From: the human T2T-CHM13v2.0 reference genome, Homo sapiens
Length of the DNA stretch: 64,000 nt
Strand: one strand, 5' to 3'
Assembly: GCF_009914755.1 (NCBI RefSeq)
Contig: NC_060926.1
In this document: one piece after another, positions 47,900 to 64,000 of the stretch
Layout: each line of letters begins with the position of its first letter
Numbering within the stretch: the first letter of the stretch is position 1
The notes under the pieces: generated by a model
The model's input: the letters and a program-made list of their open reading frames with translations, nothing else
Database searches by the model: none
Told to the model about the DNA's origin: nothing
Position numbers and translations under genes: made by a program

Positions 47900-49800
47900 T
47901 TATGGTAAAGTCATAAGCTCTTGAGGAAATGCACAGGAAAGTTCTGGGTAGCTTGAGTTACTACGTCTTTATGGTTACTTCCATTCTGGGCTGGCTCATT
48001 AACTTTGCAATAAGAAATAGCATGGAATGATCAGAAAATGTTTTCACCCAGCCAGGAAATCTCACAACCACAGGCAAAAGTGCCATGAAGAGAGCAGACA
48101 TGGTTTTCAGTAATGTAAGCCCTGCACATGATTTGGATATAGCAGGCTTACTTGTCACGTTTGTAGGAGCCACATAACTTGGTAGGTTAGCAAATCACAC
48201 TGGATGACAGAATCAGGATTCAAAAAGGTCTCAACAGGGAGAACTGTTGAGCCGCAATTCAGAAGATTAAATTTAATAGGGATGAATGTAAATTCCTGTA
48301 TTTGGGTTCAAAAAAGGAAGCAACTGCTTCCTGCCTTACTCCCATCCAATTTATTTTCCACGCTGCAGCCTGGGTGATCATTTTAAAACACAAATCTGAT
48401 CATGTCACTTCCTTGCTAAAAATCCCTTAACAACATCCCATTGCCCTGAGGATGAAGACAGAACTCATTAATGTGGTTTTTGAGATTCTCTATGACTGGC
48501 CCCTTCCTTTCTCTTCCGCCTGTTCTCTCTCCAGGCTCCCTCTCACACTGAGCACCCCAGCCAAATGGAAGATCTTAGGGTTCCTCATTTTAGGCTGCTT
48601 TTAGGTTCTCATGTTTTCTTTGCCCGAAACACATCTTCCCAATTTCCTATACATTTCCAGAAAAGCCCAATCCATGGGCTACTGTTAGGTGCCTCATTAC
48701 CAACTTTCAAGGTTCTCTGACCAGCCTTTTATTTAACAAATATGTATTGAGTGCCTACTACATTTCAGACATGTTCTAGGCTCCAGAGATAAAACAGTGA
48801 ACAAAGTAAAGCTCATGTCCACGTGAAGCTTATGTTTTCTTGGGGAAGATGCCAGGCAGTACCAAGTCTTTTGAAGAAAAATGGAGAATGATAAGAAGAT
48901 AATGATGGACAGTCAGGGTTGGGAGGCCTGCTTTACATAGGGTGGCCATGGGAGGACCTCTCTGATAAGATGACGTTTTTGGAGATAAGATCAAAGGAGG
49001 TCAGTGAACTTTGTGGCTATCTGTGAGAATAGCACCACAGTATGGAAAAGAGCATGTTCCAAAACCTTGAGGAGGGGCATGGTTTGCGTGTCCTAGGACT
49101 TGTGGTGAGGCTGGATTGGGTGAAGTACCCTGATCCAGGGCAGAGCTGTGCAGATGATATTGGAGGGGCTGCTGCACTCAGCCCAGGCAGGGCTTGGAAG
49201 CTGTGGAAGCCTTTGGATTTTCTTCTAAATGTGGTTGGAAGCTAACTGGGAGGCTTTAAGCAAGGGGCTATTATAATAAGATTTTTGTTTTGGTTTGGTT
49301 TTAGTTTTTAAATAATTACAGTAGCTTTGTTGTGGAAAATAGACCATAGGGACTAAATGCAGAGTCCCACAGATTAGTCAAGAGATGTTACATCTGTCAA
49401 GGTGAGAGCTGGAGGTAGCTTTGGCCAGGTAGGTTTGCTAGCACTTACTCCACTCTTTGTGATTACTTGTGTGTTAGAAGCCCTGCCAGTGCAGGGCTCA
49501 GGACTACCTTGCTCCTTTTACAACCTCAGTGCCTAGCATGGTGCCCGATGTACCACCGGCTCTCCGTAAACATTCATCGGATGGAGATGATCTGGTTTAA
49601 CAGCAGTTAGTACGAAAAACGACTTCAGGATTTTTAGCTGACTGCACACAGTTGATGAGCCAGCAGTAGCCCAGTTCAGCTGCCAGGAAAGCTAATGCTG
49701 TCTTAGGTGGCATTAAAAACTTTGGTGAGGGTGTCAGTGAAAGGGAGATGCGGGTCCTAGGGTGCCCCATGCTGTTTATGCTACACTGGACTGTTGGCCT
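47900..49800 (+). mobile_element. L3/CR1 split by nested L2 elements (~48330-49580)
   Basis: 'ggatgacagaatcaggattcaaaaaggtctc...atttaatagggatgaatgtaaattcctgtatttgggttc' resumes at ~49590 as 'ctggtttaacagcag...gctaatgctgtcttagg'; intervening L2 in both orientations. Confidence 0.7.
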
Positions 49801-50140
49801 GATCCTACACTACTTTTTCCCTTGTATCTTCTTTCTAATAATGGCATATTTCAATCACGAGGCCACACACTTTGGATTCATCTGTGGTTCTTTCTGTTGC
49901 TTCATTACCATGTACAAACAATAAATTCTCTATGATATCACCTAGCACTGTCTCTCTCTCTCTCTGTCTGTCTGTCTCTGTCTCTGTCTTATTTTTCCCT
50001 TTTCCCCTGCTCTGACACAATGCAAACAGTAGTCCATGCCTGTCTTGGTAAAAGTTTCCAGGTGCGTGAGACTCTAAACAACTTATTACAACTCTTATTT
50101 CTGAGAGTATCAACAATTATTTTTAAAAACATTATATGCT

Positions 50141-50345
50141 GGACACATAGAGGGGAACAACACACTCTGGGGCCTATTGGAGGGTGGAGGGTAGGAGGAG
50201 GGAGAGGATCAGGAAAAATAACTAATGGGTACTAGGCTTAATATTTGGGTGATGAAATAATCTGTTCAACAGACCTCTATTACACAAGTATACCTAGGTA
50301 ACAAACCTCTACATGCGCCTCTGAACTTAAAAGTTGAAAAAAAAA
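50141..50345 (+). mobile_element. Old L1PA (PA13-16-like) 3' end
   Basis: 'gaggatcaggaaaaataactaatgggtactaggcttaata...gtaacaaacct'. Confidence 0.85.
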
Positions 50346-50539
50346 TCCCAGTAATTTTCTCATGAAAAATACCCAGAAAGTTAATGAACTATTAGACCTT
50401 CCAATATAAAAAAAAAAAAGAAACACATATGCTGTTTCATATAGGTTGGTATGAAATTCTACTTTAGTAGATAGTGTTAAGTAGTAGAAATATGTAGTTC
50501 TTTATGGCAAAGTCATTAGCAAAATCTTCTCAAAGTCAC

Positions 50540-50760
50540 ACAGTAGAAGGAATTTGTGCTTTGAAGTCAGGAACCCTTCAGATCCCTGCTGTTCCACGTA
50601 CAAACTTTATGTCATAACCCTCCTTAGCCTAAGTTCCCTCCTCTGTGAAATGAAGATAATAAAACCCAACTCAAAGAGTTTTTGTAAGGATTAAATGAGA
50701 TAACACATATTGAAATGCTTACCATGATTTCTGACACATGCTAAATTGGTAATAAGTTTT
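50540..50760 (+). mobile_element. MIR
   Basis: 'ctctgtgaaatgaagataat...gtaaggattaaatgagataac'. Confidence 0.75.
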
Positions 50761-52183
50761 CATTTCCTTCCTATCTGTTAAAAAAGGGGTCACTAGACAA
50801 TGTGAAAACATACATTATAAATAGTGGAAACAGAGGTGTGTTTTCCATCAGTTAATAGTGAATAATGGCCGTTTGCCTTAAGGTAGCCTGTGCCCCTTTT
50901 ATTGATGGTTTAATGAATATCAATTTCTTGCTGATAGCAGAAATATTTGTCAAAGGTCTGAGAATCATGAAAGCTTTTATAATTTGAGTGGTAAACATAG
51001 TCCATCCCTGACAGATTCCAGAAATGAGCAGAGAATGAGGTTTCCTAGGAGCAATCTTGCACAAATAGTCTTTTCTCTGTGTCAGGTGGGAAAAAAAAAA
51101 AGATGGAGCAGAGACTTCATAGTATCGTTGTAAACTGTAACTGTTTATTTTGTAAAGATGAGTAAAATGCTATCTTTGCCTTCATTGAGGTTGTCCATAA
51201 ATCAATGTAGTACAGAGTAGAAAGTGGTACGTATTCTTGGAGGAAATGCTAAAGTGTTCTGGGGCAGGATCGGGAGCAGAGATGGAGAGAATATTCTAGG
51301 AAGTACAGGTCCCAGAAGGAGTAACAGTGCAGCATCTAAACATGTGAGATCAGCGGCATTTTCAACAAGAGATAAACACAAATGAGAAAAAAACAGGAAT
51401 CACTCTATGTGACTTCAAGATGAATAGAGGATAATATAATGGAAAAGGTAAAAAGGGTACAAATCTGGGATACAAAGATAAAGAGAATATTATTCATAGG
51501 CAGTGAAATATTAGTGAAGGTTTGGAGTAGCTTAGAAAAATTATGAAAGTGATGTTTAGCATGGATGAATGTTGATGTGGTAGATAAGATGAGTAGTAGA
51601 GTTACAGAGACAGAGGTGGGTCAAGAGCAAGTTGGAGGCAATTGCAAAAATTCAGCCATGGAATAACAAAAGCCATAGGTCCAGGTATGAGAATTCTTGA
51701 AAGGAAGACCTGACGGCTGACTGGCTGTGACTGCTGCTCATGAAGACAGCATGTATGTTGTCAGGACAGGAGAATAACCCTGAGCCTAGATATGGTTTCT
51801 TTTCAGTCTGCCCACTCAGCTGCTTTCTTTTTATGGTCCTGTATTCAAAAAAACCAACCAACCAACCAACCAACCAAATAAAACTTGCCTGTTCTCAGCA
51901 ATGATTTCATAATATCCTTATGTAGGAAAGAAGTAAGTGATGAGACCTCCAAAGGATATTGCCCTCAGCCACTGATCACATTCTTAGCTTAGTGTTCTTC
52001 CATTATGTTTCCTTTTAATTTTGTAGTTATGTGATAAGTATATATTTATGGGGTACATGAGATGTTTTGATACAGGTGTACAATGCATACTAATCACATC
52101 AGAGTAAATGGGGTGTCCATCACATCAAGCATTTATCCTGTCATTGTATTACAAACAATCCAATTATACTATTTTAGTCATTC

Positions 52184-52681
<498 letters not shown>

Positions 52682-53018
52682 TCACCCTGTTATGCTATCA
52701 AATACTAGATCTTATTCTGACTATATTTTTGTGCCCATTCATCATTCCCACTTCCCCACCGCCACTCCCCAGAAGCCCCCCGCCCCCAACCCCCCAGCAC
52801 ACACTAGCCTTCCCAACCCCTCTGGTTATCATCATTCTATTCTCTATCTCCATGACTTCAGTTGTTTTAATTTTTAGATCCCACAAAAAAAGTGAGAACA
52901 TTCAAAGTTTGCCTTTCTGTGCCTGGCTTATTTCATTTAACATAATGACCTCCAGTTCCATCCATTTGTTGGAAAAGATAGAATCTCATTCTTTTTTATG
53001 GCTGAATAGTACCTGATT

Positions 53019-53193
53019 TTTTTTTCTTTTCTCATAATTTTTTATTCCATGGGTCGAAAGAAAAAGAAAGAGATAATTATTTTTGCCAACCTGGAACTGG
53101 CCATTCAAGCCAACATGCTTGAAACTTTCTTTTATCTTCCATAACCATATTTTTTTCCTATTTTTTATTATACTTTAAGTTCTAGGGTACATG
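53019..53193 (-). mobile_element. L1 3' transduction: ~33-nt L1PA 3' end + ~130-nt unique flank + poly(A)
   Basis: TSD tagtacctgatt at 53007-53018 and 53194-53205; minus strand reads catgtaccctagaacttaaagtataataaaaaa ... AATAAA ... poly(A). Confidence 0.85.
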
Positions 53194-53753
53194 TAGTACC
53201 TGATTATTTATATGTACATTTTCTTTATTCATTCCTCTGTTGATGGACAATTAGGTAGCTTCCAAATCTTGGCTATTGTGAATAGTGCTGCAATAAACAT
53301 GGGAGTGAAGATATCTCTTTGATATACTGATTTCCTTGCTTTTGGGTATATACATAGCAGTAGGATTGCTGGATCATATGGGAGCTCTATATTGAGTTTT
53401 TTAAGGAACCTCCAAACCATTTTCCATAATAGTTGTACTAATTTACATTCCCACCAACAGTGTTTGAGGGTTCCCTTTTCTCCACATCCTTGCCAGCATT
53501 TGTTATTGCCTGTCTTTTGGATGAAAGCCATTTTAACTGGGGTGAGATGACATCTCACTATAGTTTTGACTTGCATTTCTCTGATGATCAATGATGTTGA
53601 GCACCTTTTACTATACCTGTTTGCCATTTTTATGTCTTGAGAAATATCTGTGCAGATATTTTGTCCATTTTTAAAATCAGATTTTTAGATTTTTTTCCTC
53701 TGGAGTTGTTTGAGCTCTTTATGTATACTGTTTAATAGTCCATTTTCAGATGG

Positions 53754-54144
53754 TATATTAGTCTGTTCTCACTCACACTGTTTTAAAGAACTACCTGAGA
53801 CTGGGTAATTTATGAAGAAAAGAAGTTTAATTAACTCATAGTTCTGCAGGCTGTACAAGAAGCATGACTGAGTGGCCTCAAGAAACTTACAATCATGGCA
53901 GAAGGCAAAGGGGAAGCAAGCACATCTTTACATGTCAGACCAGGATAAAGAGAGAAAAGGGGAAAGTGCCGCACACTTTTAAACAATCAGATCTCATGAG
54001 AGCTCACTAACTATCATGAGAACAAACAGCAAGGGGGAAATCCACCCCCATGATCAAATTACCTCCCACCAGGTCCTTTCCCCAACATTTGGAATTACAA
54101 TTAAACATGAGATGTGGGTGGAGACACAGAGACAAACCATATCA
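53754..54144. mobile_element. MSTA-like MaLR solo LTR
   Basis: 'tattagtctgttctc...cctgagactgggtaatttatgaagaaaag...caaaccatatca'; 5-bp TSD gatgg at 53749-53753 and 54145-54149. Confidence 0.9.
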
Positions 54145-54218
54145 GATGGGTAGTTTGCAAATATTTTCACCCATTCTGTGGATTGTCTCTTCACTTTGTT
54201 CACTGTTTCTTTTGCTGA

Positions 54219-54572
<354 letters not shown>

Positions 54573-57500
54573 AAAAAAGCTTTTTAATTTGATGTGATCC
54601 CATTTGCCCATGTTTGCAGTTGGTTGCTTGTACTTGTGGAGTATTACTCAAGAAATCGTTGCCGAGTCTAATGTCCTGGAGCATTTCCCTGATGTTTTCT
54701 TGTAGTAGTTTCATGGTTTGGGGTTTTATATGTAAGTATTTAATCCATGTAGATTTGATTTTTTTTTATATGGTGAGAGATAAGAGTCTAGTTTCATTCT
54801 CCTGCATATGAATATCCAGTTTTCCCAGTACCGTTTATTGAAGAGACTGTTCTTTCCCCAGTGTATGTTCTTGGCTTATTTGTCAAAAATAAGTTCATTG
54901 TGGATATATGGATTTCTTTCTAGTTTCTCTGTTCTGTCCCATTAATCTATGACTCTAGTTTTATGCCAGGATCATGCTGTTCTGATTACTTTAGCTGTGT
55001 AGTATAATTTGAAGTCAGGTAATGTGATTCCTCTAGTTTTGTTCAGTTTGCTCAGGATGGCTTTGGCTATTCTGGGCCTTTTGTGATATGACATAGATTT
55101 TAGGATTGTCTTTTTTTCTGTTTCTGTGAAGAATAGCCAAAGCCATTCTTTCTTAATTGATCCACTGGTCATTCAGGAGTGTATTGGTTAATTTCCATGT
55201 GTTTATATTTAGTTTTCAAAATTTATGTCTTTACTGATGTATAGTTTTATTACATTGTAGTCAGAGAATATACTCGATATAATTTCAGGGTTTTTTTTTT
55301 GCATATTTTAAGACTTGTTTTGTAGTCTAATGTGTGGTCTACCCTTCAGAATGATCTACGTGCTTAGGAGAAGAATGTGTATTCTGCAGCCATTGTGGGA
55401 AATGTTCTATGAACATCTATTTAGTCCATTTGGTCTATAATAGTGAGATTAAATCTGATGTTTGTTGATTTTTCTGTCTCGATGATCTGTCCAATGCTGA
55501 AAGTGAAGTGTTGAAGTCTCCAGCCATTATTGTATTGGGATCTCTCTGCCTCTTTAGCTTTAGTAATATTTGCTTCATTTATCTGGGTGTTCCAGTGTTG
55601 GATGCATATACATTTATAATTGCTATATCCTTTTGCTGAATTGAGCCCTTTATCATTATATAGTGACCTTCTTTGTCTCTTTTCATAATTTTTGCCTTGA
55701 AATCTATTTTGCCTGATGGAAATATACCTACTCCTGCTCTTTTTTAGTTTCCACTGGGATGGGATATCTTTTTTTATCTATTTATTTTCAATCTATGTCT
55801 GTCTTCTTAGGTGAAGTGTATTTCTTATAGGCAACAGATTATTGCATCTTTTTTTTTAAATCTATTCAGCCACTCTGTGTCTATTGATTAGAGAATGTAG
55901 TCCACTTACAATCAATTTTGTTATTGATAAGTAAGGTCTTACTCTTGCCATTTTGTTATTTGTTTTCTGGTTGTTTTGTGGTCTTCTCATCCTTCTTTCA
56001 TTCCTTCCTATCTTACTTTTAGTGACAGTGATTTTCTCTGGTGGTATGATTTAATTTCTTTCTTTTTCTTTTTTGTATATCCGTTGTATGTTTTTGATTT
56101 GAGGTTACCATGAGGCTTCCAAATACTATCTTATAACCCACTATTTTAAACTGATGACAACACTGACTGCATAAAGAAACAAACTAATAAACAGGCAAAA
56201 AGAAGACTAATGAAAATTCTGCACTTTAACTTCATCCTCCTGCTTTTTAACTTTTGATTGTTTCTGTTTATATCTTATTGTACTGTGTATGTCTTAAAAA
56301 GTTGTTGTAGTTAGTATTTTTGATCAGTTTATATTTTAGTCTTTCTGCTCAAGGTAAGAGTAGTTTACATGGCACAATTACAATGTTTTAATATTCTGTG
56401 TTTTTCTATGTACTTAACATTACTAGTGAGTTTTGTACCTTCAAATAATATCTCATTGTTCATCAATGTCCTTTTCTTTCAGATTGAAGAACTCCCTTTA
56501 GCATTTCTTGTAGGACACATCTGGTGTAGATGAAATCCCTCAGGTTTTGTTTGGGAAAATCTTTATTTCTCCTTCACGTTTGAAGGATATTTATGCCAGA
56601 TATACTATTCTAGAATAAAAAGCGTTCTTTTTTTCCTTCAGCAGTTTAAATATATCCTGTCACTCTCTCATGGCCTGTAGGGTTTCCACTGAGAAGTCTG
56701 CTGCAACACTTACTGGAGCTCCATTGTTTATTATTTGTTTCTTTTCTCTTGCTGCTTTTGGGATCCTTTCTGTATCTTTGACATTTGAGGATTTGCTTAT
56801 TACTTGTCTTGAGGTAGTCTTATTTGGGGTAAATTTGCTTGGTGTTCTATATCTTTCTCTTGGTTTGGGAAATTATCTGTTACGATCCCTTTGAGTAAAA
56901 AAATTTACCCTTTGGGTAAATCCCTTTTACCCCTGTCTCTCTCTCTGCCTCCTCTTTAAGGCCAATAACTCTTAGATTTGCTCTTTTGAGGCTGTTTTCT
57001 AGATCTTGTAGGTGTGCTTCATTGTTTTTTTATTCTTTTTATTCTCTGACTGTCTTTTCAAATAGCCTGGCTTCAAGCTCACTGATTCTTTCTTTTGCTT
57101 GATCAGTTCTGCTGTTAAGAGAATCTCATGCATTCTACACTATGTCAATTACATTTTTCAACTCCAGAATTTCTGTTTGATTCTTTTTAATTATTTCAGT
57201 CTCCTTGTTAAATTTATCTGATAGGAGTCTGAATGACTTCTCTTTGTTACCTTGAATTTCACTGAGTTTCCTCAAAACAGCTATTTTGAATTCTGTATCT
57301 GAAAGGTCACTTATGTCTGTCTCTCTGGGTTTGGGTCACTTGTGCCTTATTTAGTTCGTTTGGTGAAGTCATGTTTTCCTGGATGGTCTTGAGGCTTGTG
57401 ATTGTTTATCATTGTCTCAACATTGAAGAGTTAGGTATTTATTGTAGTCTTTGCAGTCTGGGCTTGTTGTACCCATCCTTCTTGGGAAGGTTTTAAATCG

Positions 57501-59559
57501 GTTCTTGGGGTCATCAATTCCACGCTTTGGCTCTTCAAGGGAATTGAGTGTTGTGACCTTAATCTTCGGCCCCTGCAACCATAACTGCATTAGGGGGCAC
57601 CCCAAGCCCAGTAATGCTGTGACTCTTACAGACTTGTAGAGGTGCCATGTTGGTGGTCTTGGATAAGATCTGGGAGAATTAATTCCCTGAAATTACCAGG
57701 TAGTGACTCTGCTCTCTTCCCTTATTTTCCCCCAAACACATAAAGCCTCTCTCTGTGTGCTGAGCCACCTAGAACCGGTGTAGGGCTGACACAAGCACCC
57801 TGTGGCCACTACGACTACCACTGGTACTGTTTGGGGTCAGACCTGAAGGCAGCACAGCACTGGGTCTCTCCCTAGGCTCACAGTAACCACTGCCTGGCTA
57901 CCACCTACATTTGCTTAGGACACTAGAGCTCCGCAATAAGCAGGTGGTAAAGCCACCCAGGCTTGTGTCCTTCCCTTCAGGACAGCAAGGTCCCCCTGGC
58001 CTCGAGTGAGTCCACAGATGCCGTCCAGGAGCCAGGGCCTAGAGTCAGAAACCTTAGATGTCTACCTGGTGCTCCATTTTCTTGAGTCTGAGCTGGCACC
58101 AAGCCCCACTTTTCCCTCTTCTTTCCACAAGCAGAGGACTCTCTCCCCACAGCCACCACCACCACGTCCATGGCAAGTACTGCCTGTCTACCACTGATGC
58201 TCATTCCAGGTCTAAGGACTCTTCAGTCAGCTCATGGTGAATGCTGCCAGGCCTGGGACTCTCTCTTCAGGGCAGTGGGCTCTCCTCTGGCCCAGGGCAG
58301 ATCCAGAGATGCTGTCTAAGAGCCAAAGTGTGGAATTGGTGATCCCAAGAACCCGCTTTGTGCTCTATACCACTACGGCTGAGCTGGTACCTAAGGTGCA
58401 AGACCAAGTCCCTCTCCTTTTCTCAAGCAGGAGACCCTCTCCGTAGCCACCATAGTTGGGAATGTGCTGGGCCATACCATAAGTTAGCATGTCTCTGAGT
58501 CTCACCCAAGACCCATGGCAAGTACTGCCTGGCTACTGCTGCTAATTATTCAGGACCCACATTTTCTTTAGTCAGCAAGTGATGAATCCTACCAGGTCTG
58601 GGTTCTCCCCTTCAAAGCTGCGAGTTTCCTTCTGGCAGAGTGTGTGTCTGGAAATGTCATCCAGGAGCTAAAGCCTAGAATGGGGGCCCCAGGACTCTGC
58701 CCAGTGCCCCCTACTGTGGTAGAGCTAGGATTCAAGTTGCAAGATGAAGTCCTCTTAACTCTTCCCTCTTTTCTCCTCTAGCAGAAGGCAGGAGTCTCTC
58801 CTGGAGCCGTGAGCTGCACTGCCTGGGGTTGGGGGAGGAGTGGTGCAAGCACTGCATTAGCCGCCCAACGGCTGTCTCACTAGGTTATTACCCCCCAAGT
58901 CCACTTACTCCAAGCCCAGCACAGCATCAAGACTTGCCCAGTAATTGCAGTCCTTAGGGCCTAGACTACCTTTCAAGTCTGTTTAGGACCCCAGAGCGCT
59001 TTAGCCTGCAGTGCCAAGGCTTGGCAGAACTCAGGTTCTGACTGCTGGGATGGGCAATTTCCCTCTGGCTAGGGCTGGTCTGAGTGCTCCCTCCATGGAC
59101 TCTGGCTGTGTTCTGCCTGGTGTTGCTTTCCACCATGACAGGGTGGAAAGCACTGAGTTCCAGTGCAAAGTCTCCAATCACTATGCTCTCCCTCCCCAAG
59201 GTGCACAGATTCTGTCTGTACCATGTGTCTTCTTCAGGGGAGTGGAGGACGTGGGAGTGGTGGTGTCAGCAAATCAAGACTGTCTTTCCTATCCCCTTCA
59301 GTGCCTTTTTCAGTGATATGAAGTAAAAGTGGTTACTGTGATCACTCACCTGATTTTTGGTTCTTATGAAGGGGCTTTTTCATGTGTCTAGTAGTTCAAT
59401 TCGGTGTGCTTGTGGGGAGGATTATCAGTGGAAGCTTCTATTTGGCTCTCTTACTCCTCATTACGTTTTAAGACTTAAGTGGTCTTAGGGCCATTGGTTG
59501 TATGATTTAGAAGGCTGTAGTTATAAGAATAAAGATGTTTCATATGTTAAGTAGATTAA

Positions 59560-59903
<344 letters not shown>

Positions 59904-59959
59904 TAATACCATACTATGAAGCTTGATGTAAAATTAATATCACAGTTTTCAGTTATTGA

Positions 59960-63370
<3,411 letters not shown>

Positions 63371-63371
63371 A

Positions 63372-64000
<629 letters not shown>

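Noticed and set aside
52745-52820. G-quadruplex-like tract on minus strand
   Set aside because: Ordinary G-rich tract of the L1 3'UTR.
56885-56930. 8-bp hairpin and 13-bp direct repeat in L1 ORF1
   Set aside because: Too short and low-complexity to call confidently, though it may be another micro-scar.

Overview
Primate (human-like) genomic DNA inside the polarity gene PARD3B (Par3-like/ALS2CR19) on the + strand. Four consecutive coding exons lie at 437-607, 4672-4804, 13990-14089 and 21430-21545. They splice in frame through canonical GT-AG sites and encode the end of PDZ3 plus the following linker up to SKSMDL. The remaining ~42 kb is one long intron; I found no further PARD3B exon. Most of the rest is interspersed repeat (Alu, L1, L2, L3/CR1, MIR, MaLR/ERVL LTRs, Tigger/hAT DNA transposons), and nearly all short ORFs in the track are repeat-derived or chance. 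I see no evidence for a new multi-gene biological system. The unusual signals are retrotransposition and repair scars: a twin-primed L1PA2-like insertion whose inversion junction creates an uninterrupted 897-aa chimeric RT ORF, a clear L1 3' transduction with only ~33 nt of L1 plus a second older candidate, three local templated insertions, a 1.7-kb inverted L1 pair, a perfect GNRA-capped hairpin, and an Alu-bracketed exon pair that would circularise into a stop-free ORF. Repeat subfamily calls are from recalled consensus sequences, and many boundaries are approximate.
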